The notes under the pieces are model-generated. The model was given only the letters and a program-made list of their open reading frames with translations. It was not told the origin of the DNA and did not search any database. Shown piece after piece: positions 38,960 through 46,670 of a stretch of 64,000 bases of DNA. A program made the position numbers and the translations under genes. Numbering within the stretch: the stretch's first letter is position 1; each line of letters opens with the position of its first letter. This stretch comes from a phage, in sequence record PZ476263.1, one strand, 5' to 3'.

Positions 38960-40694
38960 AGTTTACCACAGTGTGTTTACGACGGCCTGTATTCGTTATT
39001 CCAGTATAACGTGCAGGTAATTTACCGTCCACCGCAAGTCGAGGATGGTTTAACCAACCTGTATCTACTTTATCCTCTTTCAAAGGATCAAGAACACTTC
39101 GACGGTTACGAAGAGATAGCCATTTTACAATCTGCTTTGCCATATCACCATCGACTCGCTCAAGGTTAGGACAAAGGCCCTGCTGATCCTTAAGCTGCGG
39201 TGATGTTGGTAATGCTCTTGCCTTCTTCCTGAAGAACTTATACATCTTCTCTTTATCTTGCCACTGCTTACCACTGATACCTAAACTTTTCAGAATCAGA
39301 TCGCGATATTCAGTCTGGTCAAGATCATCAATGTATTGACGAACAATGATATCGACTTCGTTATCGGGACGTTGTTTCTTAAACTGGTCCTTCGTCGCAT
39401 CTTTGGTTCGCCACAATGTTGGGACCCAACCCGCATCACGAATAAGGAATTTTTTAACGTCATCCTGATTACCAATACGCATCGGAATCATAATATCCGG
39501 CATCTTTTGATCTTTGATATCCATCAATGCACGGGCCATGTCTTCCGGTGGCAAAGGTACAAGATTTTCCTTTTTCACATTTTGAGAACGAATAAATTCA
39601 GCCATTTTGGATTCATCTTCTACACCATGCTCTACACAATACTTAATTGCAGCAGATGTGAGTGAACCATCGCCCTTAAACGGCTTACTTGGAGCGCCTT
39701 TAAATTCAAGAGCTTCCCAATTCACATTGTAACCTAACTTCTCTAACCATTTCCAGCCCGTACCAGAAAGAGATCCATCTCCTTTAAACGGCTTAGACGG
39801 GAAAGTAGGCTGTGCTGACTTGGACATCTCTTTCTTCGGCAGCTTTGGTTCAACCTCTTCTTCAATTTCTTTCATCATCGTATCAATACGATCACGCAAA
39901 GCTAAACCTTTCTCCACGTCGAAAGTAACACCCTGAATTTCTTGCTCAACCATCAAATAGTCGGTAAGCATACCTCGACGCAAGGCATTCTTCCAATTGA
40001 TGAGCTTCATCTTCTTCGGATCTTTGTCCGATTCATCTTTGTACATGAAACGTTTATCATCCGGCATAGAGTCACATGAAATTTCTTTCATGAGGGCATC
40101 CCATACCATTTCGTTGATGATTACGTCTTCAATAATACGATCACAATATTTCCACAAAGGGAGTCCACGCCAATCTTCGATTGCTACCTTCTGGTTTGCT
40201 ACTCGCATACCCCAAGCTTCAAGTCCATGAGGGCCTACAGGCTTCATTTTACCTGTAACTGGGTTCTTTACCATCTCGGGACAACCGCGCGGCAGAGGGC
40301 GATCTGGATACAGTGTACGGGACATTGAAAGGGTATCGAAGATGTTAACTTGTTTACCATTGATAGTCCCCATGCAACCAGGGTCTGCAAACATATCGTA
40401 TGTTGTTCCAAACATCTTTTTAAACAGCTGTAAGTCATAGCCGAAGATATTATGGATAGCAACAGCTTTTGGTTCAGTCACAAACCACTCATTAAGTTCT
40501 TCCAACTTACGGATCTTAAAGTTCTTACCTTTGGATTGAATAAACTTAACCGCTTGCTCGTAGCCTTCGCGGTTCGGATCGATAAAAATATTCCAATTGT
40601 CCTTTTTGTACTCTTTAAAAAGAACACAGTGAACAAGATCAACTTCTGTCAACAGGCCGTTAGCCTCTGCATCTCCAATAAACAAACCTTTCAT
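38958..40694 (-). CDS. DNA polymerase (family A), 5' exon with 3'-5' exonuclease domain
   Basis: N-terminus 'MKGLFIGDAEANGLL' matches the T7-type Exo I motif; ends '...YTGITNTGRR' (cf. TGR..PNL.NIP) before running into intron sequence. Confidence 0.75.
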   Translation of the reverse strand: MKGLFIGDAEANGLLTEVDLVHCVLFKEYKKDNWNIFIDPNREGYEQAVKFIQSKGKNFKIRKLEELNEWFVTEPKAVAIHNIFGYDLQLFKKMFGTTYDMFADPGCMGTINGKQVNIFDTLSMSRTLYPDRPLPRGCPEMVKNPVTGKMKPVGPHGLEAWGMRVANQKVAIEDWRGLPLWKYCDRIIEDVIINEMVWDALMKEISCDSMPDDKRFMYKDESDKDPKKMKLINWKNALRRGMLTDYLMVEQEIQGVTFDVEKGLALRDRIDTMMKEIEEEVEPKLPKKEMSKSAQPTFPSKPFKGDGSLSGTGWKWLEKLGYNVNWEALEFKGAPSKPFKGDGSLTSAAIKYCVEHGVEDESKMAEFIRSQNVKKENLVPLPPEDMARALMDIKDQKMPDIMIPMRIGNQDDVKKFLIRDAGWVPTLWRTKDATKDQFKKQRPDNEVDIIVRQYIDDLDQTEYRDLILKSLGISGKQWQDKEKMYKFFRKKARALPTSPQLKDQQGLCPNLERVDGDMAKQIVKWLSLRNRRSVLDPLKEDKVDTGWLNHPRLAVDGKLPARYTGITNTGRRKHTVVN

Positions 40695-40778
40695 GTTCTA
40701 AAACCCTCCTCATCTTCTCTTTACCTTTGACCATATGACCGACTAACTATCTTACACATGATCAAAGAGAAAGACAAC

Positions 40779-41012
40779 TTAATCTTCAATCAATTCGAAT
40801 TCTGGAGCGAAGAGAACTATATTTTGGTCCTCTTCACCTGCCCAGATCCTTGCTGTACAAGGCTTGCCGCTTTTACAACAAAAGTAAACATCGGCCTCGT
40901 AGATATCTCCTACAGAAATTCCATAAGAAGAAAGACTAACGCCATTGGTATCGGGAATGTCGTTCTTTCTGATCTTTATCGAAATTTCTTTTTCTACATA
41001 TGTATTTCTCAA
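40779..41012 (-). CDS. hypothetical small protein, possibly distant array relative
   Basis: 77 aa, 'GDIYEA' and acidic end 'LFAPEFELIED'. Confidence 0.3.
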   Translation of the reverse strand: MRNTYVEKEISIKIRKNDIPDTNGVSLSSYGISVGDIYEADVYFCCKSGKPCTARIWAGEEDQNIVLFAPEFELIED

Positions 41013-41452
41013 CGTTCAATCTCCTTCTTTTTGGACATAGTGATGAAATAGTTCTGACCTTTCTTGCACTGGTTAAACCAGCCAACAAGATATCCATCTT
41101 CGATACGAATATCATACTCAGGGTATTCGCCCGTTCCACTGATTATATGGAAAAGTTTACCGAAGTCAATAAAGGTCAGATTATACTGAAAGTTTTCCTC
41201 GTCCTGGAAGATTGCAACAGCAGAGCTTCGGCCCTTTGACGTAGTAATAAACTTAAGTTTAAGTTCACGATGCTCATGATCGACAATGTTAACTTTTCTC
41301 TCAAGCAAGTAATTTGGGTCAACACGGGGCCAATGAGCTTTAAATCTTTCAGCGCCTTCTTCAGTAAAGGCATCACCATCGTAACCAGTAAACCATTTAC
41401 CATTATCTTTTACGTAGCCATGATAACTACGCTTACCTTTTACTTTAATCAT
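41009..41452 (-). CDS. hypothetical protein
   Basis: 147-aa ORF, ATGA overlap. Confidence 0.4.
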   Translation of the reverse strand: MIKVKGKRSYHGYVKDNGKWFTGYDGDAFTEEGAERFKAHWPRVDPNYLLERKVNIVDHEHRELKLKFITTSKGRSSAVAIFQDEENFQYNLTFIDFGKLFHIISGTGEYPEYDIRIEDGYLVGWFNQCKKGQNYFITMSKKKEIER

Positions 41453-41652
41453 TCCGTTATCTCCTCTTGTTCTGGATCTTCGATCATTGAGCTTTTAACT
41501 CTTGACCCGTATGTGGTCATTTCACCCGACCTACTCGAACCCTCAGGTGCTCTTATGACAGCATGACCTCTTAATAGTGTTCCTTCGTAGGTTTGTCCAA
41601 CTACAAAACCCATTTGGGAAACACCATTATCTCTATAACAAAGTAAATTCAT
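41449..41652 (-). CDS. tandem small-protein family, member 11 (divergent)
   Basis: 'VVGQTYEG' ... 'IEDPEQEEITE'. Start uncertain. Confidence 0.35.
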   Translation of the reverse strand: MNLLCYRDNGVSQMGFVVGQTYEGTLLRGHAVIRAPEGSSRSGEMTTYGSRVKSSMIEDPEQEEITE

Positions 41653-41863
41653 CGTTCTCTATTTTAATTTCCTCTGTGATTTTATTTTCGGGATCAAGAA
41701 TAAGGCATGACTTTTTACACGGCACGGAATAAAACAACCCCCGCTCGTTTGGACAGATAATTAAAATATTTCGACCTCCCATATCTTTACCCTCGTAAGA
41801 CTCTCCTACCATTACCCCTTTGTCCCTCAGGAAACTATCCTCTTTTATGTAGATATACCTCAT
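41633..41863 (-). CDS. tandem small-protein family, member 10
   Basis: 'MRYIYIKED...VGESYEG...CLILDPENK'; pairs with member 4. Confidence 0.45.
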   Translation of the reverse strand: MRYIYIKEDSFLRDKGVMVGESYEGKDMGGRNILIICPNERGLFYSVPCKKSCLILDPENKITEEIKIENDEFTLL

Positions 41864-42060
41864 AGGCTGTTTTCCTCAGGGTCAAGAATAAAATGTTTAT
41901 CTTCGCAAAATCCCCAGTTATTTTCTCGTCCTAATGGATAGATACAGAGAATATTTTTCTTTATACTTGCATATTTCCCTTCATAAGTACAGCCTATTTC
42001 TACATGTTTCCAAGTAGGAACACTTAAGCATATGTATTTTTTAAATGTTTCTTCATTCAT
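41860..42060 (-). CDS. tandem small-protein family, member 9
   Basis: 'KKYICLS...GCTYEG...LCIYP...FILDPEENSL'. Confidence 0.45.
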   Translation of the reverse strand: MNEETFKKYICLSVPTWKHVEIGCTYEGKYASIKKNILCIYPLGRENNWGFCEDKHFILDPEENSL

Positions 42061-42256
42061 TTTGGTCCTCCCCCTCAGGGTCAATAACGAAGTGTATAGA
42101 ATTTAAATATCTTATCCCACCATCCAACCCTGTCGGGTAGATACAAAGATAGTGAAGCATTACGCTATCTTCACATCCATAATAAGTCGATCCTAAAGAA
42201 ACTTGACTGCTTGCTTTATCTGATAAGCAGATGTACTTTTTTAAATCCTGTTTCAT
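42053..42256 (-). CDS. tandem small-protein family, member 8
   Basis: 'KKYICLS...GSTYYG...LCIYP...FVIDPEGEDQNE'. Confidence 0.45.
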   Translation of the reverse strand: MKQDLKKYICLSDKASSQVSLGSTYYGCEDSVMLHYLCIYPTGLDGGIRYLNSIHFVIDPEGEDQNE

Positions 42257-42459
42257 TCATTAACCTCCTCAGGGTCGAGAATGAAATCATTAAAATCGCA
42301 AATTATCCAATCAGCAGACCAAGGGTGATGACCATCAGGGAAAATATATAGAACACCAGGTATCATTCCCCCTATAAAACCTGTATATGTCTCGCCTATT
42401 TTGACAAGATCCTCGTTACTTTTTATACAGAGGAACTTTTTAGTGTTTTTATCTCTCAT
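42253..42459 (-). CDS. tandem small-protein family, member 7
   Basis: 'KKFLCIKS...GETYTG...LYIFP...FILDPEEVNE'. Confidence 0.45.
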   Translation of the reverse strand: MRDKNTKKFLCIKSNEDLVKIGETYTGFIGGMIPGVLYIFPDGHHPWSADWIICDFNDFILDPEEVNE

Positions 42460-42662
42460 TTTTTAATATCCTCTGGTTCCTTTGCAAAACTCTTAGTGCC
42501 TATATATACCCATCCACTACCTATTCCATGAGGATATATACAAAGTGCATCCGACATTGTACTGTCGAATCCTGAATAAGTCTCCCCCAAATTAAGATTT
42601 GAGCATCCTTTGGTGCTTATGCATATGTAATTTTGAATATACATTTCAGGTTTTTGTTTCAT
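42456..42662 (-). CDS. tandem small-protein family, member 6
   Basis: Start at the ATG with SD GAGGAG: 'MKQKPEMYIQNYICIS...GETYSG...LCIYP...AKEPEDIKK'. Confidence 0.45.
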   Translation of the reverse strand: MKQKPEMYIQNYICISTKGCSNLNLGETYSGFDSTMSDALCIYPHGIGSGWVYIGTKSFAKEPEDIKK

Positions 42663-42666
42663 TTTA

Positions 42667-42864
42667 TTACTCCTCGTGCTCGGGGTCAAGAACGAAGTCC
42701 GCAGAATGATAGTACACACCATAAGTTTCTATCCCTTTCGGAAAAATATGAAGATAGTTGCTCATTAAAATATCTTTACGACCATAATAGGTCAATCCTT
42801 GAGAGATTGCTGTACCTGCCTCATCAGATATGCAAAGATACTTTTTAAATCCTATTTCACTCAT
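42667..42864 (-). CDS. tandem small-protein family, member 5
   Basis: 'KKYLCIS...GLTYYG...LHIFP...FVLDPEHEE'. Confidence 0.45.
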   Translation of the reverse strand: MSEIGFKKYLCISDEAGTAISQGLTYYGRKDILMSNYLHIFPKGIETYGVYYHSADFVLDPEHEE

Positions 42865-43053
42865 TTAATCTCCTTCCGGATCAGCCGCTAAGCAAGATCC
42901 CTTACAAGGTGCTGACCTGAGCCAACCCTCATCGTTTAAATAGTAAATGATAATAACAGCATCTCCTATACCCTCAGTGCCTTCGTAAGATTCTCCTATT
43001 ATCAACGGGTAGTCTTCCAAAAGGCGATCTTCTTTTATGTAGATATATTTCAT
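42865..43053 (-). CDS. tandem small-protein family, member 4
   Basis: 'MKYIYIKED...IGESYEG...CLAADPEGD'. Confidence 0.45.
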   Translation of the reverse strand: MKYIYIKEDRLLEDYPLIIGESYEGTEGIGDAVIIIYYLNDEGWLRSAPCKGSCLAADPEGD

Positions 43054-43245
43054 TTATTCATCGCCTTCGGGATCTTCGACAAAATTATCTAACTTTACAG
43101 GCATAGATAAATTATCAGTCACCTTCACTGTGATGTAAATACTTTGAAAAGATTTAAATTTATTCTCTTCCCGATAAGTCTCGCCAACTACCAAGAGTTT
43201 AGAGTCCTTATTTTGTATGCATAGATAATTTGTCATTGTTTTCAC
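43054..43245 (-). CDS. tandem small-protein family, member 3
   Basis: 'NYLCIQN...VGETY...FVEDPEGDE'. Confidence 0.45.
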   Translation of the reverse strand: MKTMTNYLCIQNKDSKLLVVGETYREENKFKSFQSIYITVKVTDNLSMPVKLDNFVEDPEGDE

Positions 43246-43445
43246 CTGTATTCAGGGTCTTCCGTGAAACTCTCCTTATTGAAAAATAGAGTAGTATCTT
43301 CATTTGGGAACGTTATAGGTATGTACTTACCCCGAGGAATACTATCGTTTATAAAGTAAGTCATACCTAATTGAAGTTTAGTGCTGTGTATGTTACTTAT
43401 ACATATAACCCCGACAAATCTTTCACCCTTCCTCTCCTTCTTCAT
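43242..43445 (-). CDS. tandem small-protein family, member 2
   Basis: 'VGVICIS...LGMTYF...FTEDPEYR'. Confidence 0.4.
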   Translation of the reverse strand: MKKERKGERFVGVICISNIHSTKLQLGMTYFINDSIPRGKYIPITFPNEDTTLFFNKESFTEDPEYR

Positions 43446-43632
43446 ATATTTCAGGATCCTCTACAAAATCAGATTTCTTAAGCCATAGTTCCAAAGTATC
43501 ACTTACCCTTACGGATATCTGCCCACCAAATATTTTAGATGGTCTTACATAGTAAGTTTCTCCGATTACAAGTTTGTAAGTAGACCTATTGCTAACGCAG
43601 AGAAACTTAACATATTTTTGCTGTATACTCAT
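43423..43632 (-). CDS. tandem small-protein family, member 1
   Basis: 'VKFLCVS...IGETYY...FVEDPEIYEEGEEG'. Confidence 0.45.
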   Translation of the reverse strand: MSIQQKYVKFLCVSNRSTYKLVIGETYYVRPSKIFGGQISVRVSDTLELWLKKSDFVEDPEIYEEGEEG

Positions 43633-43949
43633 GCAAGGCTTCGAACATACTCAAAGACTTTTTCATAATCTTCACCAAAGGAAACATAACCACTTCCCTT
43701 CGGATTGTCTAAACCATATGAATCGTCTTCAAATTTTTCCAGAATGATCCCGCCAGTGTATTCGATATACATCAAATCTCGTACTTTTGTCCACTTACCT
43801 ATACCAAAGGAAGCGAGATCTTTTTTGCAAATTTTAACATGCATATCTTTCTCTCCAGTATGATAGATATAAACATCCCCACTTTGGAGCTGTTCAACAA
43901 TGACCTCTGGAAAGATACCGCTTTGTGATTTACCGAATACCTTTTTCAT
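43629..43949 (-). CDS. hypothetical protein
   Basis: 106-aa ORF immediately upstream of the array, ATGA overlap. Confidence 0.4.
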   Translation of the reverse strand: MKKVFGKSQSGIFPEVIVEQLQSGDVYIYHTGEKDMHVKICKKDLASFGIGKWTKVRDLMYIEYTGGIILEKFEDDSYGLDNPKGSGYVSFGEDYEKVFEYVRSLA

Positions 43950-43963
43950 TTTACCCCCAATAA

Positions 43964-44644
43964 TTAGTGATTGAATTTAAAAACTGCCCGTGCAAAACCT
44001 TCTGGTGTTAGTGATCGCAATTGTTTTGTCCGATCAGACTTTCCACCTAAATACCGCCATCCCCAAAAACATCCAATATGTTCAACAGGTTTCTTTTCAG
44101 GCATTATAAACCCATTTCCTGACCAAAGGCAAGTCTTTTTAGTGTAGGCATTCTGTAAAGGCATCTGAGGATGATAAGAACCTTCGTGTGGTTCCAGATA
44201 ACCCCCATACTCATACGGATCAAAGTAATGGTCAGGTTTTCGCCATAGGGTACTCATCTTTCCTACAGGATTCTCCACAAACCAAGGACAATTAAATGTA
44301 TTCGCAATCCGCTCTACCATTTTTGCATTGATGATTGACTCCATCAACTGATCATTAGTCCTCTCATGTTTTGCACCCGCTACCGTTAAGTTTGTGCAAG
44401 AAGGGAAAGAGAAGATGATATCTGGCTTTGGGATACCCGCTTTGGCTGCAAAGGCTTCAAAATTATCATCAATCCAACAATTCACATACTCAATATTTGG
44501 ATGCTCTTTACGCATCTTGTACTGACCGTGATCCGCCGTATCGGCATTGAAGCAATAAACTTTCCAACCTGCCTTTGCATACTCATAGCCCATAAAGCCA
44601 CTACCGTCAAAAAGCGACCAAACCACTTTAAAAATATTAATCAT
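43964..44644 (-). CDS. methyltransferase-like protein with C5-cytosine-MTase-type motifs
   Basis: 'SLFDGSGFMG' (motif I-like F.G.G), 'FPSCTNLTVAG' (Pro-Cys motif IV-like), 'FVENPVG' (ENV-like motif VI). Only 226 aa, no obvious target-recognition domain. Confidence 0.35.
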   Translation of the reverse strand: MINIFKVVWSLFDGSGFMGYEYAKAGWKVYCFNADTADHGQYKMRKEHPNIEYVNCWIDDNFEAFAAKAGIPKPDIIFSFPSCTNLTVAGAKHERTNDQLMESIINAKMVERIANTFNCPWFVENPVGKMSTLWRKPDHYFDPYEYGGYLEPHEGSYHPQMPLQNAYTKKTCLWSGNGFIMPEKKPVEHIGCFWGWRYLGGKSDRTKQLRSLTPEGFARAVFKFNH

Positions 44645-44645
44645 A

Positions 44646-44975
44646 TTATCCTCGGATTGAAAGTTTCGCCAAATAAAATATAACCAGGTACAAGCCGTAT
44701 GCTAACGCAACCGAACTCAGTATTGTAATTGTGACAGGCAAGGCCCATAAAAGAACGATAATCATCATCGTTAAACCGAATGCTCCACCAAAACACTCTA
44801 AAAAAGCTTCACTTCCGAACTTAATGGGGTCCAAAGATTTCTTTATCTTGTCCCTTAGGAAAAGAAAAGACATAATAACAAATATTGCGATCCCCAGCAA
44901 GACCCATTGGGTAACAGAGGTGTTTTGTCGGATAAAATGATACCATGCATCATAAATTACTGTCAAGTTTTCCAT
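44646..44975 (-). CDS. membrane protein
   Basis: 109 aa, three hydrophobic helices. Confidence 0.4.
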   Translation of the reverse strand: MENLTVIYDAWYHFIRQNTSVTQWVLLGIAIFVIMSFLFLRDKIKKSLDPIKFGSEAFLECFGGAFGLTMMIIVLLWALPVTITILSSVALAYGLYLVIFYLAKLSIRG

Positions 44976-45301
44976 TAGGTCCTCACTGATAGTTTAACAA
45001 GGATTTCAATAATTTTTACAAGTACAAAGATTAAGACTGCAAAAATAGACACAAAAATAATCAAAGGTAAAAGGTATATTGTCCCTGTGATCAATGCTGA
45101 AATAAGTAAGGAAAAGAAAATCTCCGGTACACCATCCCAACACCACAGTTGCTTACTCTTTTTGTATTGATACCTTAAAATACCAAATAAAGATACAATT
45201 GAAAAAGATATGAAAATGATAAATGGTGTTTCCTTCGAGATCAAGAAACTTATTACATCATTAAACCAAAATATTACGACTCTCTGTGCGAATTCAATCA
45301 T
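44975..45301 (-). CDS. membrane protein
   Basis: Start at the ATG overlapping the upstream stop; three hydrophobic helices. Confidence 0.35.
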   Translation of the reverse strand: MIEFAQRVVIFWFNDVISFLISKETPFIIFISFSIVSLFGILRYQYKKSKQLWCWDGVPEIFFSLLISALITGTIYLLPLIIFVSIFAVLIFVLVKIIEILVKLSVRT

Positions 45302-45507
45302 TTCTTTTTCCTCTCTTTCTTCTCTGGTTTTACATCGCAAATTTTGGCTTCATATGCAATTGGTGTTACATAGCGCCAAGTCTTTTTGTAATGGTCGAGG
45401 AGTTCTCTCATATTCTCCTCGTCCTTTGCCCAACCACAAACGTGAGGTATTTCATCAACAGACATTTGACACTTAATATACCAACGCGTTTCTGTGTTTT
45501 TATTCAT
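45298..45507 (-). CDS. hypothetical small protein
   Basis: Start at the ATG overlapping the upstream stop; basic C-terminus. Confidence 0.3.
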   Translation of the reverse strand: MNKNTETRWYIKCQMSVDEIPHVCGWAKDEENMRELLDHYKKTWRYVTPIAYEAKICDVKPEKKERKKK

Positions 45508-45740
45508 GATTTTTTCACCAGTTCGTAAATCTCGAAGTCGGATTTCTTTACACACGCTCGCCAACCTGAAGATAAGCAACGAGCAACAACAAAGTCGTCT
45601 GGTAAAGAGGGTGTATTGTTTTCAACCATCAACACATCGCCTTTGAAAACATTAATTTCTATGCTTGTATTATCCCAACATACGTAAGAATAATTATCAT
45701 TTTTGGCAACTAAGAACATTTTAATATTTTTAATTGTCAT
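45504..45740 (-). CDS. hypothetical protein
   Basis: 78-aa ORF. Confidence 0.35.
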   Translation of the reverse strand: MTIKNIKMFLVAKNDNYSYVCWDNTSIEINVFKGDVLMVENNTPSLPDDFVVARCLSSGWRACVKKSDFEIYELVKKS

Positions 45741-46021
45741 TTTACCAACCCCAATTCATATGCCGAGTATAAATCATTTCCTTCGTACCCGTCAACAATA
45801 ATTTTCACATTTTTATCGCGACGCTCATCAACAACCATTCGAGATCCTGCGCCGGATTTAACAAGGTAGGTGTCCTTATTAACCCTTACCGTTTGTGTTC
45901 TTCTTGCAGAAACAATCTCAACCTGTGTATTTTTAGGAACAAATTTAACAATCTCCACCATAGTACCTTCGGTCCCCATTTCCATAAGGTCATACTTAAT
46001 AGCTTTCATTAATGTAGTCAT
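45737..46021 (-). CDS. hypothetical protein
   Basis: 94-aa ORF. Confidence 0.4.
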   Translation of the reverse strand: MTTLMKAIKYDLMEMGTEGTMVEIVKFVPKNTQVEIVSARRTQTVRVNKDTYLVKSGAGSRMVVDERRDKNVKIIVDGYEGNDLYSAYELGLVK

Positions 46022-46191
46022 TGTGCATTCTCCTCTGAAGGGCCTTCTTTAGCCTTTGCAATTGCGTTAATAGTGATTATATAGCTATCTTGTAAGTTTT
46101 CAAGCTCTTTCTTAGTGTCAAAAGGATACCATCCATCTTTAGACATCTTGGCTATGGTTTCGTAATCATCAAATTTCACATCTGAAGGCAT
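46018..46191 (-). CDS. small protein (57 aa), not in ORF track
   Basis: ATG overlaps upstream stop (TAATG) and its stop overlaps the next ATG (ATGA); product MPSDVKFDDYETIAKMSKDGWYPFD... Confidence 0.3.
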   Translation of the reverse strand: MPSDVKFDDYETIAKMSKDGWYPFDTKKELENLQDSYIITINAIAKAKEGPSEENAQ

Positions 46192-46568
46192 TAGCATAAT
46201 TTTACCTCTTTGTTCAGAAAGTCTTTGGCAATAAGACGGATAATTTCTTCTGCGTTTTCAGAATTTACCACACCATAGTTCTTGAAAGGTAAAATGGTGT
46301 CTTCACAAACTTCTTCGAAGAATTTAAATTCGTCATCACATATTTCAAAATATTCGTCACCATTCTCCAGGCAAGTTAACTTTTTTCCATTTATACACAA
46401 AGCCTCTTCAATAAAATAAACCTCATTGAAAAGTCCAATTTTCGTAGGACAAAACACACCACCATTAGAATTAAGTAAATTTACCATTGGGGTGTTGGAA
46501 CGAGGATTATCCTCGACAAACTCAGAGACACGAGATTCTTTTAATTTGTACCATTTACCTAATTCCAT
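46191..46568 (-). CDS. hypothetical protein
   Basis: 125-aa ORF. Confidence 0.4.
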   Translation of the reverse strand: MELGKWYKLKESRVSEFVEDNPRSNTPMVNLLNSNGGVFCPTKIGLFNEVYFIEEALCINGKKLTCLENGDEYFEICDDEFKFFEEVCEDTILPFKNYGVVNSENAEEIIRLIAKDFLNKEVKLC

Positions 46569-46601
46569 CTTCTTTTCCTCTTTTATTGTGTTGATGAGAT
46601 A

Positions 46602-46630
46602 AGTATAAGGATATTTTAGGTGGCTGTCAA
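46602..46630 (-). promoter_or_regulatory. sigma70-like promoter
   Basis: TTGACA-N17-TATACT on minus strand. Confidence 0.45.
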
Positions 46631-46635
46631 TAGAA

Positions 46636-46662
46636 AAACCACCCCGAAGGGTGGTTTATTTT
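46636..46662 (-). terminator. rho-independent terminator after primase-helicase gene
   Basis: AAACCACCCC-GAA-GGGGTGGTTT with T-runs. Confidence 0.5.
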
Positions 46663-46670
46663 GAAAAATA

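Noticed and set aside
41449-43632. CRISPR-like or direct-repeat DNA array underlying the tandem small-ORF cluster
   Set aside because: The periodicity is at the protein level, with units of about 190-230 bp that are divergent in nucleotide sequence. There are no short identical repeats separated by unique spacers, so this is a paralog gene array and not a CRISPR.
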